From positions 15,066,001 through 15,130,000 of the forward strand of contig JAQFVV010000010.1 in assembly GCA_028023455.1 (NCBI GenBank): a stretch of DNA of 64,000 nt, read 5' to 3'. The notes under the pieces are model-generated. The model had not been told where the DNA came from, did not search any database, and was given only the letters and a program-made list of their open reading frames with translations. Position numbers and translations under genes: made by a program. The stretch is from Epiperipatus broadwayi (taxonomy: Eukaryota; Animalia; Onychophora). Every line of letters starts with the position of its first letter. Within the stretch, counting starts at the first letter, position 1. Shown in pieces: positions 13,633-25,323 of this stretch.

Positions 13633-15783
13633 GTAAGAATTTTTTTTTTTCTTTAAGAAAATAATTGATAAAATTTAGTATACAAAGGTATAACATAGTT
13701 ACTACAATGATGTTAATCATTTTCTTGTTAATTATATACTCAAATTTGATTTTTTACTATACCTCCCAATAATCCAAAAAAAAAACAAATAGAATGCACT
13801 TTACATTTTACTCCTTATATCCCTTTCCCCGTTCAATTACAAAGTTTTTCTTGTCTTTCTAAGGGCTTAATTTGTTGTATTTATGTCTATTTTTGCTTTT
13901 TCCTCCTTAATAGTTTTAAGATAAGAATACTTTTAATTTTGAAGTCCTCATTAAGTTATTTTACCATTATTTCTGCACATATCTAAAGTGTGGGCTTTTC
14001 TCACAAATTTATTATTGATTAATTATTATTCTCGTGAATTTTTTTTTCTCTGTATTTTGAAATTTGTAAATTCTGATTTATTAAAATATATATTGCATTA
14101 GAAAAGTTAAGGAAATAGATATTTTGAAGTAATTTTTTTTTCTCATTATATATATATAACTTGCATTATGTATAATGTATGAAATTTGTCATCTCATATA
14201 GTGAAATATTCACGCTAACAACACTTTCATATTAAAAGTTTGTTGGAAATATTCTCATTTTTTGATGTTAGGATAATGCACACAAGGATTTATACATACT
14301 AACAATCATAAATTCAATTGTTACTAATTTTCTTTTTTTCTGAGTCAACTTAATATCTGGTAAAATGAAAATACACAGAAAAAATAGTTTTTTAATAAAA
14401 GTAGTTTTTTAAATCTAAATATTATTAAAAAAAGAACCTTTTTTGTGTGTATTTTCATTTTACAAGATCATGCTAATATTTACTAAGGCAATAAACGTCA
14501 AGGAATGTACGTTTGAAAATGCGAAAGTAGAGACCTCTACAGGTCTTAACCACAAGCTTACGCTTTGGAAGAAAAGAGGGCAACCCTTCTTTACTTCAAC
14601 CTACTTTCTAAATAAATAGGTGAAGCTGAAGCAGTTAGATCTGAGAGCGTGAAGCTATTCAATACTTCACTAATTAAGTCCACAATTCCTATTACACATT
14701 AGTACTCGTGAAATCTTTCAATTTACAATGAGTCAATGGATATAAAATTTAAAGGATTTTGACAGATTATTTTTAATATATATATATTATAACAATAACA
14801 GGTGAGAAGTTTTGGTAGGTGATGATGATGATGGTTCATCAAACTCCTCTGATGAAAGAATTTATTTGTAAATGTCACTTCCTTTATATCTACAATCATT
14901 TCTTGTGTAACTCTAACAGAATACAAGAAATTAAGATATTATTAATGTAACCCCTATTAGTTTGACAAATAACCAAATTTCTAATATATTATTAAAATAT
15001 TTATTAATATAGCTTAAATAAAGAAAATAATAGATTTATATAAAAAATGTACGTAGAAAGTAATTAACAAATTTACATAGATTAATAAATAATCCAATAT
15101 CGAATTTTATGAAAAATTTTTGTTCCTAAATTATAATTATTCCAATAGAATGAAAATTTGACACAAATAAATCACTAAATGCTTGTTTATTGACTCATTT
15201 TATTTCTGGAACACCTTGGAAAATTTATGCTAGTCACATGTATATGAGAATTTCTATTGCAGATTATAAATTTCACTTAGACAATATTCATAACTAGGTT
15301 TTGCAGTCAAACAGATTTTTTGTTTTCTTAATATTTATTTAGTTTCATTAATGTTTAGTTACCAAAAGACTCTCAGGGTTGACTGCTTTTACAATAAAGA
15401 TTTTAATAAAGACAATGCAGATCAATTAAAGGAACTCTAGTGAGAAACAAATTTCTTCTGCTTTTTACTTAGATATATTATAGTCATAGATCAACATTTT
15501 TTTAAGACTAGACTTTTTTTCCTGTTTTAGATGGCTGCTCTAGCTATGCTTATGTGCAGTTAGTTCTCTCCTCATGCCAATTGACTACCAAAGTGAACTT
15601 TCCCAAGTTTCTTATTTCTTTCTCTTTCTTTAGAATAAATTATAATAAAATTGTAACAACTTTTTATATAGGTTTCTTGTCACCTCAGGAAATTATTTTT
15701 AATTAACTCTATTTTTTTCATTGCATTATAATCCACTTTCAGCTAATTCTATAACTAATTAGAAAGTTTTGGAAATTTTCTTT

Positions 15784-16145
15784 GAGTCTTAAAAATAATA
15801 TTAATATCATCTATGTTCTTTATTACTTCTTACAATGCTTTTTTTACAACTCCCTATTGGCGGTTTCTATTGCCCCAGCAATCTTCTTCAGAACTTGATA
15901 GGGCAATAGAAACCGCCAATAGTGGGTTGTAAAAAAGCATTGTAAGAAGTAATAAAGAACATAGATGATATTAATATAGAAGTTCTGAAGAAGATTGCTG
16001 GGGCAATAGAAACTGCCAATAGTGAGTTGTAAAAAAGTATTATAAGAAGTAATAAAGAACATAGATAATATTAATGTTATATAAATATGGCAATGCAATA
16101 AGAAAGATAAAGTTATAATACTTTATAAAGAGTCTTAAAAATAAT
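15784..16145. mobile_element. Penelope-type terminal-repeat insertion with inverted plus tandem partial copies; 16-bp direct repeat GAGTCTTAAAAATAAT at both ends
   Basis: Left arm 15798-15896 is the reverse complement of 15901-15977 and of 15980-16075. Direct repeats at 15784-15799 and 16130-16145. Confidence 0.7.
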
Positions 16146-17419
16146 TATAAAATGTTATTTTGAGATTATTCATAAAATTATACAAAAAAAAAAAAAGAAG
16201 AAAATTGTTTAGTTTTTTTTAAATATAACCATTTTCTATTCACTTTTATATATATATTTTCTTATTTTAACTTTATTTTCTTACATGATGTTCACACATA
16301 TATTATATTTGCATATCATATCTGCTACAAAATACTTGTATGTGTGTGCAAATACAATCCTATATAACAAAAATATTTACTATTAAGGAATGATACCCAA
16401 ACATTAAAAGATTTTTTGGAAAGCATGAATAAAGGCTGATATTTGTTCATATAAAAGTACTTCCTAGTTTAAAATTATATTGCTATATTTTATTTTGTAA
16501 ATGTTTCAAATGCATTAAAGGGTGTATCTATATTTTTATACCCTTAATAATAGAATTTAGAAAGTCTTTGTGTTATTCCATGGTAATAGTAGCACCAATG
16601 TATGTAGTTTGTTTGTATATATATATTAATTTATTCACATCCACATGTTTTTTTATATACATTTTTGAACTTTTTCCCCTTATCTCTTTTTTTTTTTTTT
16701 TTTTAGAGTATTTTTTTCATAATATATATATTAAGAAATATATAATCTGTTTTTGATTTTATATAAAATACACTTTTTTAAATATTATTCAAAGTTTAAA
16801 TAACATTATTAAAATCCTTCTCACCCTTTCTTGAAGTCATTCATTTCTTTTTGTTGTTTGATAGTCTATAGCCATATTATTTTAGATCATTTATCTATAT
16901 TTGTTTATCTTACATGTTGCCAGTAAATGTTTCATCTACTATCTTTTGTTTACATATTTATTATTTCATTTTTTATCACTTTTCATTTTCATGTTTTAAA
17001 TTTCTTCATCCAAATCTAGCAACCATACATTCAAGCCATTTGTTTTTCTTTGGTTTCAGTCAGGAAATAAAATTGTATTTGCTTATATTTAAAATATAAA
17101 ATAATAATAGCATCTTCTTAATTGATTGTCCTTTGATCCAAGTTAATATACCTGTAACACCTAATTTATTGTATAAGGTGGTTGGACTGCTTTGAGCCAC
17201 TGCCCAATTGTATAATATCAGTGTACCATTGTAATCTTTTTGGCCCACTGCCACAGGCGACAGAATGTGGTCCCTGCACATTTGGGCCTATGAGATTTGA
17301 TATAGTAACTTAATAAAGGTTGCTTTGAAACATAAAATAAAAAAATCTTAGTACTAAATAAAAATATCGATATAAAAAATAGAATATTTATTAAAAATCT
17401 TCATTTGGAATATATTGAC

Positions 17420-17780
17420 ATATGTTTTGAGAGACATGATTCTTGGGGAAATGAGAAAGAAAAAGATTGAAAGGAATAGAGAATGAGTTGGATATGGGGG
17501 GATAATGATCAAATATTAAAAGAACTTGGAGTCAAAAGAGGTTTACTTAATACTATAAAAATTAGAAAGATTAAGTTTTTGAGGTGTATTTTAAGACGAT
17601 TGGATTTTACAAAATATTTTGGAAGGTAACATTTTAGGAAGGCTGAGAGACAGGCCAATATATATTAAAAATATGATTACTGAAATCAAATGTTTTTCAT
17701 ATGCATATATGAAATGAATTGCTGAAGTTAGAATGATGTGTAATGACAAGACATTGCTTTTAGAAGCTGATGATGATATA
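17420..17780 (+). mobile_element. 3' fragment of an RTE-type LINE
   Basis: Degenerate LKELGVKRGLLNTIKIRKIKF...ILEG motif typical of RTE C-termini. Confidence 0.55.
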
Positions 17781-18529
17781 TTTAAACTTATTATTAGATA
17801 TTTTCTTCAAATAATATACTTAAATAATTTTATCTTGAAAAAATTATTTAATTTTTTTTTTTAATATATATATTTTTTTGGTGAATTTAAATAAAGTGAA
17901 AAAATATATAAACAACTTTGCATTCATTTATAAGCAGGTTATAGAATGAACTAATTATTTAGTTTTGAAGCAGAATACCTATGGAAAAATATATTTGAAG
18001 AAAAATACCATTTATATGTCAGATTAAAAATGTGTTTTTCAGTAAAAGTTATAGAAGCCAGAACACATTAAAATATTTCAGTTAATAGAGAGAATTGCTT
18101 TAAGTTAATATTAGTAGTTTCCATTAAAGCTAGTGAGAAGATAGTTAAACTAAACATCATATTCTCTGAATGAGGCATTAAACCAAAGCCATCCAAGAAT
18201 AGAGAAACTGAATAACTTGAAGTAGTTGGCCATGTCTTAACATTATACTTTTGCTATTTATTTTCTTGGCTGAAATCAGAAAAACAAAATGTTTCAAATA
18301 TCATTTATTTGTGCTGGAGATTATCGCATTCATGCCAACAAACAATTAAGTCAAATTAAAATTAAATGTTTATGAACTTTGTAAAAAAGACATTTTTAAA
18401 TTTATTCACGGAAATCTGCTATCACAATATTTACATGATTTATCACAATATATATAGCTATAAGTTCATTTAAATCTTTAAACATCACATGATCACTATC
18501 TCTTTATACTAGCACATAATTGTTATTAA

Positions 18530-18950
18530 ACAAGAGATGGTGATCATGTGGTTTAACACCAATCCTGCCTAATAGGATAGTAGTGGCTATGATTGTTAAA
18601 GAGCCAAAGACACCAAAATGTATGGGTGCTGAACTGACTTCAGACCCATATGACTATATAAGCTATTGAGCTTAGATTGAAAAAATTGTGCTTTCAATTT
18701 CATTCTCATAGTTTTGTAGTGAAGTAGAGAGAAAAGGTGGCTGCTGGAGGGTTGCATTGGATTCTAAGATTTAGGTGCAGTGCTCTCAGATCCAAGGTCT
18801 GACTGATGAAGGCCACAAGCCAGAAACTAGTCTGGGAATATTGGATGAGTAGACACTAGATAGGGATTTTATGCACAAGCCTTCTGGCATCCATTCATTA
18901 CTCTGGTTGGCACAGGGTGGCACTACTGAATGGAGAGTTTTGCCTTGTTC
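18530..18950. repeat. Repeat family A copy (same orientation as 3135-3600) with the best-preserved hammerhead-like core
   Basis: Similar to the 3135-3600 copy and the reverse complement of 43325-43715. Confidence 0.85.
18799..18836 (+). ncRNA. Minimal hammerhead ribozyme-like motif (family A)
   Basis: CUGAUGA-AGGC-CACAA-GCCA-GAAAC-UA-GUC-UGGG: both catalytic core boxes, stem II GGC/GCC, palindromic ACUAGU stem III and GUC site. The stem II closing pair is A.A (non-canonical). Confidence 0.5.
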
Positions 18951-19859
18951 ATTTAAATCTTTCGTTCTAATATTTAAGAAAAGGAAAAACTAACTTGTAA
19001 CAATTATATCTAAATTTTAATATTTTTTTGCTAAATATTTGGTTATAAATTACAAGTATGCAATTGACATGCACACAAACAAAATCAATAAGAAGAAAGA
19101 TATTTTATTAACTATTATTTTTTAAGATCATTTTTAACACCCTTCCTCAAGGTGTCAAAAGTGAATAGAAGCTAGTCCCTATCTTACTTGAAAGTAGCGT
19201 AGGAAAATTACACTGCAAAAATAGTATTCGTTTAGTGGGTAATTTCTAGTCTAATGAATGACTGATAAAAATCATCACAATTATTTAATCTAAAATATAA
19301 ATTATTACTTGTGTTGTTATTTAAAGAATTACTTTTTATAAATTATCAATCTATTATTATGTATGTCCATTAATCTTTTTTTATTATGAATTTTTATTAG
19401 TGGTTGATTAATTAAACTATATATATTATATCATTTTATGTGTCTTTAGTTCCAATCAAATTGGCTTTAGATATACGTGCAAAGGGGAATAATTAGGCGA
19501 TTTGGTAAACATATTGTCTTTTTCATCAAAGAGAAGCAGATGTTCACCTGAAGACCTGAATAATAGCTGGCGTCTTAATAGTATCATAGGGTATTTTGCA
19601 TAAAGCAAGCGCATATCATATATATATATATATGCCATTCGAGCATAGTTGATTTTTATCTTTGCTTTTATTCTGATTATTTAAAAATCATTGTTATTAT
19701 TTGTAATTTGAGTAATCATTACCATTACTTTTGACTCCATTATTACTTAACTATATATATATATATAATGATATACATATATAATTAGAATGGATTTTCA
19801 AGCTCCTTTTAGCTATTAACTCCATCTTATATAATCGATACATGTGAAAAAGATAAATG

Positions 19860-20055
19860 GTCTCTAATATATATATTTCGTCTTGAACCAGTACTCATCA
19901 GTTGGTCCAAATTATCATCTCCCACACATATATATAATCAGTGCTCAGTTTATATAAAGATAGCAAATCTTCAAACTTTAATGGACAGACTTCAATCTTC
20001 TCTACCTTCCAACTCTTCAACCATCCATATTATTGACAATCTGATGATTGAATGC
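19860..20055. repeat. Repeat family B copy with a hammerhead-like motif on the minus strand (19864-19905)
   Basis: Minus strand: CCAA CUGAUGA GUACU GGUUC AAGAC GAAA UAUAUAUA UUAG. Similar to 23695-23930, 29088-29327 and 41043-41480. Confidence 0.75.
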
Positions 20056-20583
20056 TCAATATATCCCATTTCATTCTATTTATTCTGTTATAGTATATTT
20101 ATACCACTAATGATATTTTCCTACCTTCCTTACTATTATTCCATTACCTGAGATTTGAGTCTGATTACATAAAATTTATGTTTTTTATGTCGTAAGTAGG
20201 CTTAGGATTTTTTTCCAGATAACCTGGATATTCAGCTATTATTATGTCTGTGGTAATGGTCCCAGATGAAGGTGAACATTGATGCTCTGATTAAAAACAA
20301 TAAATATAATTGTAATATGAAGCTGTCATCTTTAAATTTTATCACACTTTGTTTATTGCATTATTTATTTAAATTTATTATTAAGACTTTAAATAAAATT
20401 TACATTCCTAGATTTTAGAAAATTTTAATTGCTAATTTATTTAAATATAAGATAATTGTAAATATGATCATCCTATAGTATTTATTTTTCTAAAATAATA
20501 TTTTTTAATCCTCTATCCAAAATTATTGATAATGCAAAGTAATTATAATGCTTTATTTTAGGTTCGCTCTATGTTGTTTAGAT

Positions 20584-21139
20584 TAGCATTTCTCAACCTT
20601 GCCGCCGCGTGACCCAATAGATTTCATTGAAATAGTTCTGTGACCCAAATGTTTATAACATAAATTATAATATAAAATAAAAGATATTGCATCAGCACGG
20701 TACTGTATATATGCATATATTCGGATCAGTTTGATAATATTTATAATGAACAAATAATTTATAAGCTAAAAGTTGAGTTAAAGTTAAACTACATATTTTT
20801 AATTTAAAAACTTAACACATTTTGTTAATTACGAAAAAAGTGTTTTCTTTTCAAATAGGGTTACATTAATTTTCCACCACGGGCGCTGGTTGACGCTTTG
20901 GTTCATTAATTTTAGTTGCAATTTTTTGAACAATTATATTTTGAAAATAATCGCGAAATTTAACATTATGATTATTTAAGTTCAAATTTACTACGCAAAG
21001 CATAGGTAGTATTACTTACTCTTTTTTTTTTTTTTATTAATACTAATATTTTCTTAAAATGTAAATAGATTTTTGCTATCAGATATTTACGTTTTTATTT
21101 CTTTTTCGCGACCCATTACCCAAAGGTTGAGAAACGCTG
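20584..21139. mobile_element. Non-autonomous hAT (Charlie/Buster-like) MITE
   Basis: TIR tagcatttctcaacct / aggttgagaaacgctg; flanks GTTTAGAT and GTTAGATC (8-bp TSD with one slip). Confidence 0.7.
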
Positions 21140-21781
21140 GTTAGATCATTGATGGAGTTCAGATTTGAGAGCAAAAGATTCCTATTATGCTCAATCCATT
21201 ATTTGGACATCCCATGATCTATTTTTTATTTATTATTTTTGCAGTTAATCCCATTTTCTCAATACATTAGAATGAGAGGTGTTCGGGTCATAATCTTTTA
21301 TCTCTTCTATCCATCTTTCTTCACACATGTTTAATCAATAAGATTATAATTTTGCAAATGCAAAGTTTAGTTTTCAATGTTTAAAACTATTGCAGCTTAT
21401 AATTTATTGTTTGTTTTTTTTATTGATTGTTGAGAATATTATACCTTCAAACCACGACTTGAGTATAATTAAAATTCATGCTTACTTGAATATATTCGAT
21501 ATTTTAAGACATTTTCCCCTTTGACTTATTATTTTATTTTTTGCAAAGCAGTAAAATTAAAATTTGCCCTTTTATATAGAAAATAGCTGATTTAAAACCA
21601 GCTGTGTATAAGGCTAAATTGTTTTTTTATTTTATTGAAATTGTTCATTTGTTTATCATTGAATCTAGGGAAATCAATTTAGTGTTCTTCAATTAATTGT
21701 CATTTCATCTGCAAAAAAAAAAAAGCATACAATTAAATATGTACAAATGTAATAAATGGTATTCTAATATGTTAGATTATT

Positions 21782-22019
21782 TCCATCATCTATCACTAAA
21801 TGTTGAATGTATAGAAAATTTAAACTTTTCAAATACAAACAACTTGTTAATAACACATAAATAGACAACATAAGTTAGTAATTACACAACGTGTCGAGTA
21901 GTAGTAATCTCCACTTTTCTTCTATTTCTGTGTCACCAACAAATTGTTTGTATTTGAAAAGTTTAAGTAAAGTTTTAAAATGTTTCTATACATTCAACAT
22001 TTAATGACAGATGATAGGA
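21782..22019. repeat. Imperfect inverted repeat (arms about 65-80 nt)
   Basis: catcatctatcactaaatgttgaatgtatagaaa...ttcaaatacaaacaa pairs with ttgtttgtatttgaa...tttctatacattcaacatttaatgacagatgat. Confidence 0.8.
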
Positions 22020-22870
22020 ATAGTCCAACATATTATGACATTTAATATGACATCATCACAAACCTTCAGGCAAATACAAAGGTAATAAATGATATTCGTT
22101 TTATTGGTAGTAAAAGGGATCAATATAAAATACATTGTAAATCTCTTTCATAAATAGTTGACATCATAGTATATTAAAATCATTTGTGTGAAGAGGTGGA
22201 TAATGTTGCAATAATTAAAACTTAAACTTAAAACAGATTAAAAAAGAATATATACATAAATATTTAGAAACATTCTAATAATGAATAAAATAAATAATCA
22301 TACGGTTAGTCACTCTGGAAATTGTGAAAGCGAATATCAACAATAATTCTAGACATCCTCAACTTTCAAGTTCACTACTTTGCACAGAACTAATAGTGAA
22401 GTAAAGATTTTATTTATTTAGCTTAAGGATTTCTTAGACAGTTTAACTATTAACAAAATGTCACAAAGGAATTTAGAGAAGTTTCAACCAGGATATAGAT
22501 TAACTAGTGCCTTTACTAAGATCTTCAATAAGTTCATGGTTTGTATTTGTCCATAACCACATAGTGTTTGGTAAATTCTATTTATGAAGCAGTTAAGAAT
22601 AATAATTATGGATTGTCCTAAAGCTATTGATGAGACTCTAATTGTGTCTAGGATTTGTTAAACCTATCATAGCAAAAGGAAATTGGAGAGATTCTATTAA
22701 TATTCTTTCAAGATATAAACTCCAGTTAATTTTCCTTAAATTCCATCTTGGAACATTATAACTTTCAGTTATAGAAATGCATACTCCAAAAGTGACTGGG
22801 CTTGGTTTATATTGACTGTGAGGGAAATGATCCAATATCAGTAGTTCAGTAGAAAATAAATTATTTTTTG
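22000..22870 (-). mobile_element. Degraded I-group (Ingi/Vingi-like) LINE fragment
   Basis: ORF 22638-22835 reads DHFPHSQYKP...PRWNLRKINW, resembling the FPHSQHRP...RWNFxKANW endonuclease-RT linker. Confidence 0.55.
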
Positions 22871-23182
22871 TTGAAACAAAACATAAATCAAGAGTGGTTT
22901 TCGTTCAACATTTGCTTGAATCCTAAATGTTTAACATATTAAAATAGGTGCATGATGTTTATGTTCATCCATTCTAAAAGTTAATGACTTGTTTTTCATT
23001 TACAACCCCAAAGATTATTTTGAAAATTGAAATCTTTTATAAATAAGGTTTAGGAAGATTTGGAATAGGAGCATAGAGCTAATTTATATTAGGAGTTTTG
23101 AAAATGTTGTTTACGTAAAAATTATTTATCCCAAAGATAATTACAAAATCATTTAGTTTTTCAACAAAAGCAGTCTACCTTT

Positions 23183-23277
23183 GTCGAGCATTGGTGGCCT
23201 AGTGGTTAGCATAGCTGCCTTCCAAGCAGCTGACCCCAGTTCGCTTCCCAGTCAATGCTTTGACATATCAAAAAAAA
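23183..23277 (+). pseudogene. tRNA-Gly(TCC)-derived retroposed copy (minimal SINE)
   Basis: GCATTGGTGGCCTAGTGGTTAGCATAGCTGCCTTCCAAGCAGCTGACCCCAGTTCGCTTCCCAGTCAATGC; damaged T-arm; A tail; near-TSD aaaagcagtctacc / aaaagtagtctacc. Confidence 0.85.
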
Positions 23278-23694
23278 GTAGTCTACCATACCAGTAATCA
23301 AAATGAAAACATGAATTTTAAGATGTACATTATTAAAAGAATAATAAGTCTTATTGAGTGCAATTACATGGAATGTTGTACTGATTAACATATTCATAAA
23401 GATGCCCATTTTTGATTTTGATATACCCTCAATGTTAAGTTGAAGAAATTTTGTGTTTCTCAGGTGAGATCACTCTGTAAATGGTATACCTGGCACTTGA
23501 AATGTTCCTTGGTTGTTTTTCCATTTCCAGAATCTTCTGTAGTCCTGATGGAGCTATCCTCTATGACTCTGCTGGGGCTTGCATTTATAGCTCTATTTTG
23601 TTTTGTTTTTGGGTAATTTGCTGTCGTTAATCAGAAGTTTATCAAGTTTGATTTTAATGTAGAAACAATTCATTTTACAAACTAATATTTAATA

Positions 23695-23930
23695 TATAGG
23701 GTATTTTGAGCTCAGACTTTTACACGACCCTCAACTCTCCACACTATCTCATACCACTGATACACTTGACCACATATATGTCTAAAAGATAAAAAATCAC
23801 CAATATCCGTATTTTGTGCTAAACCAGCAAGATAGACAATCTTCATATTTTAATGGACAGACTTCACTCCACCCTCCAACTCTTCAGCCACCCATCCTAT
23901 TGAAAATCTGATGATGGAATGCTCAAAGCC
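23695..23930. repeat. Repeat family B copy
   Basis: Shares tgctaaaccagca and taatggacagacttca...tgaaaatctgatgatggaatgctcaa with the 19.9 kb and 41.4 kb copies. Confidence 0.75.
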
Positions 23931-24565
23931 CAAACTAATATTTACTACTTGCAAGTTGGCCTGTGGGAAAACTGTTATCCATTCATCCCATTTAAAGATT
24001 AATTATGTGGCAAAAAAATCAAATATAAAATTATTACCAGGGAATATTAATAAAACAAAGAATACTATAGTTTAGTGATTTTTCACTTATGTTTAAAAGC
24101 TCCTAAGAATCTTAAAATATGAAAAAGAATCAAGAATTTGAAAAAGATATAAAATATAATAAAAATTTAAATTGTGTTACAAAAACTAGTCAAATGATTA
24201 TTTTTAATAATGCTTTTCAATTGATGGATATTTATAGTATTTTGTGAGGAATTCTTATTCAAGACAAATTATCAACTTGTAACTAATTCTGGATTTTTGA
24301 ATTAAACACTGTTAAAATAAGGACGCTATGCAAATTAATTTAATTAAGAAAATAATACTTATGTGAACTTTTTTAATCTTCCATTTAATTGAATGAGTTA
24401 TATTTATTAATATATTAGTTTTCGTTTTCCAATTTTTTTTTTTTCATGTTTTCCAGTTATTTTATTATTTCTGTCTTAATCTTACTAACTAATTTAATTG
24501 TTCCAAATTATTTATTACAAAGTTTCAATAATTGCAATCATTCTTAATATTAGCAGTATTGATTT

Positions 24566-25323
24566 TGTTATATCCGCACTTACGACTGTGCCAATGTTAT
24601 AACTGCAAGTCATACTGTGCGGTCAGCAAATAACGTTATACAATTCCCACGCTGTTCTTTTCCAACGAGTGCTCTCCAACGAATCGGTCTGCAACGAAAC
24701 TCCAATGAATTGGTCTGCAATGAATGCTCTCCAATGAATTGGTCTGCAATAAAGCTCTCCAACGAATTGGTCTGCAATCTCGTCTGCTGAATTGGTCTGC
24801 AACGAATGCTCTCCAACAAATTGGTCTGCCACGAAGCTCTCCAAACGAATTGGTCTGCAACGAAGCTCTCCAACCAATTGGTCTGCAACGAAGCTCTCCA
24901 ACGAATGCTCTCAATATCTCCGCTGCGGTCTCTTTCAGCTACACCCGTGAACTACATTTCCACTGGGCGCTGATCATTAACCACCAGCACTGACGCGAGA
25001 TATCTCTACTTAAATACTGCTTACTCAATACTGCTTGACTGCTCTCTACTGCTCTCTCTGTTACACTGCTAGATGTTACCCAGTCTTCTTATCGCTCTCT
25101 GACAACTGCAACGATCAATCAATGCACTGACCAATAAGGTAACGTCTCTTATCTAGAAACATTTGTAATTAGCAAATATTTCTAGGAATTGTCGATCGCC
25201 ATTACGTCAATGCACTAATTAAATTCCTCAGCTATCAGAGCGCGATCTAAAAACAGCCTTACGAATAAATTCTAGTTTTTTCTGGAGTGCACAAACATGT
25301 CTGCCATTTTACAAAACATTACA
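24566..25323 (+). mobile_element. Solo LTR (758 bp), TG...CA termini, 5-bp TSD GATTT
   Basis: gattt|TGTTA...TTACA|gattt; CpG-rich compared with flanks; AATAAA at 25264-25269 and TATA-like cttaaata at 25009-25016 suggest + orientation. Confidence 0.75.
24673..24908. repeat. Tandem ~28-bp minisatellite (AATTGGTCTGCAACGAAGCTCTCCAACG) inside the LTR
   Basis: About 8 variable units visible directly. Confidence 0.9.

Noticed and set aside
15672-15688. Fourth microexon-like segment ending TCACCTCAG
   Set aside because: Followed by GAAATT rather than GT, and 17 nt is not frame-preserving.
23188-23259. Functional tRNA-Gly genes (also 58198 and 58948)
   Set aside because: T-arm and B-box damage, A tails and TSDs indicate retroposed copies.
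24610-24993. Four overlapping ORFs and a CRISPR-like appearance of the 28-bp repeats
   Set aside because: Head-to-tail minisatellite without unique spacers inside a solo LTR in eukaryotic DNA; the ORFs are by-products of the repeat.
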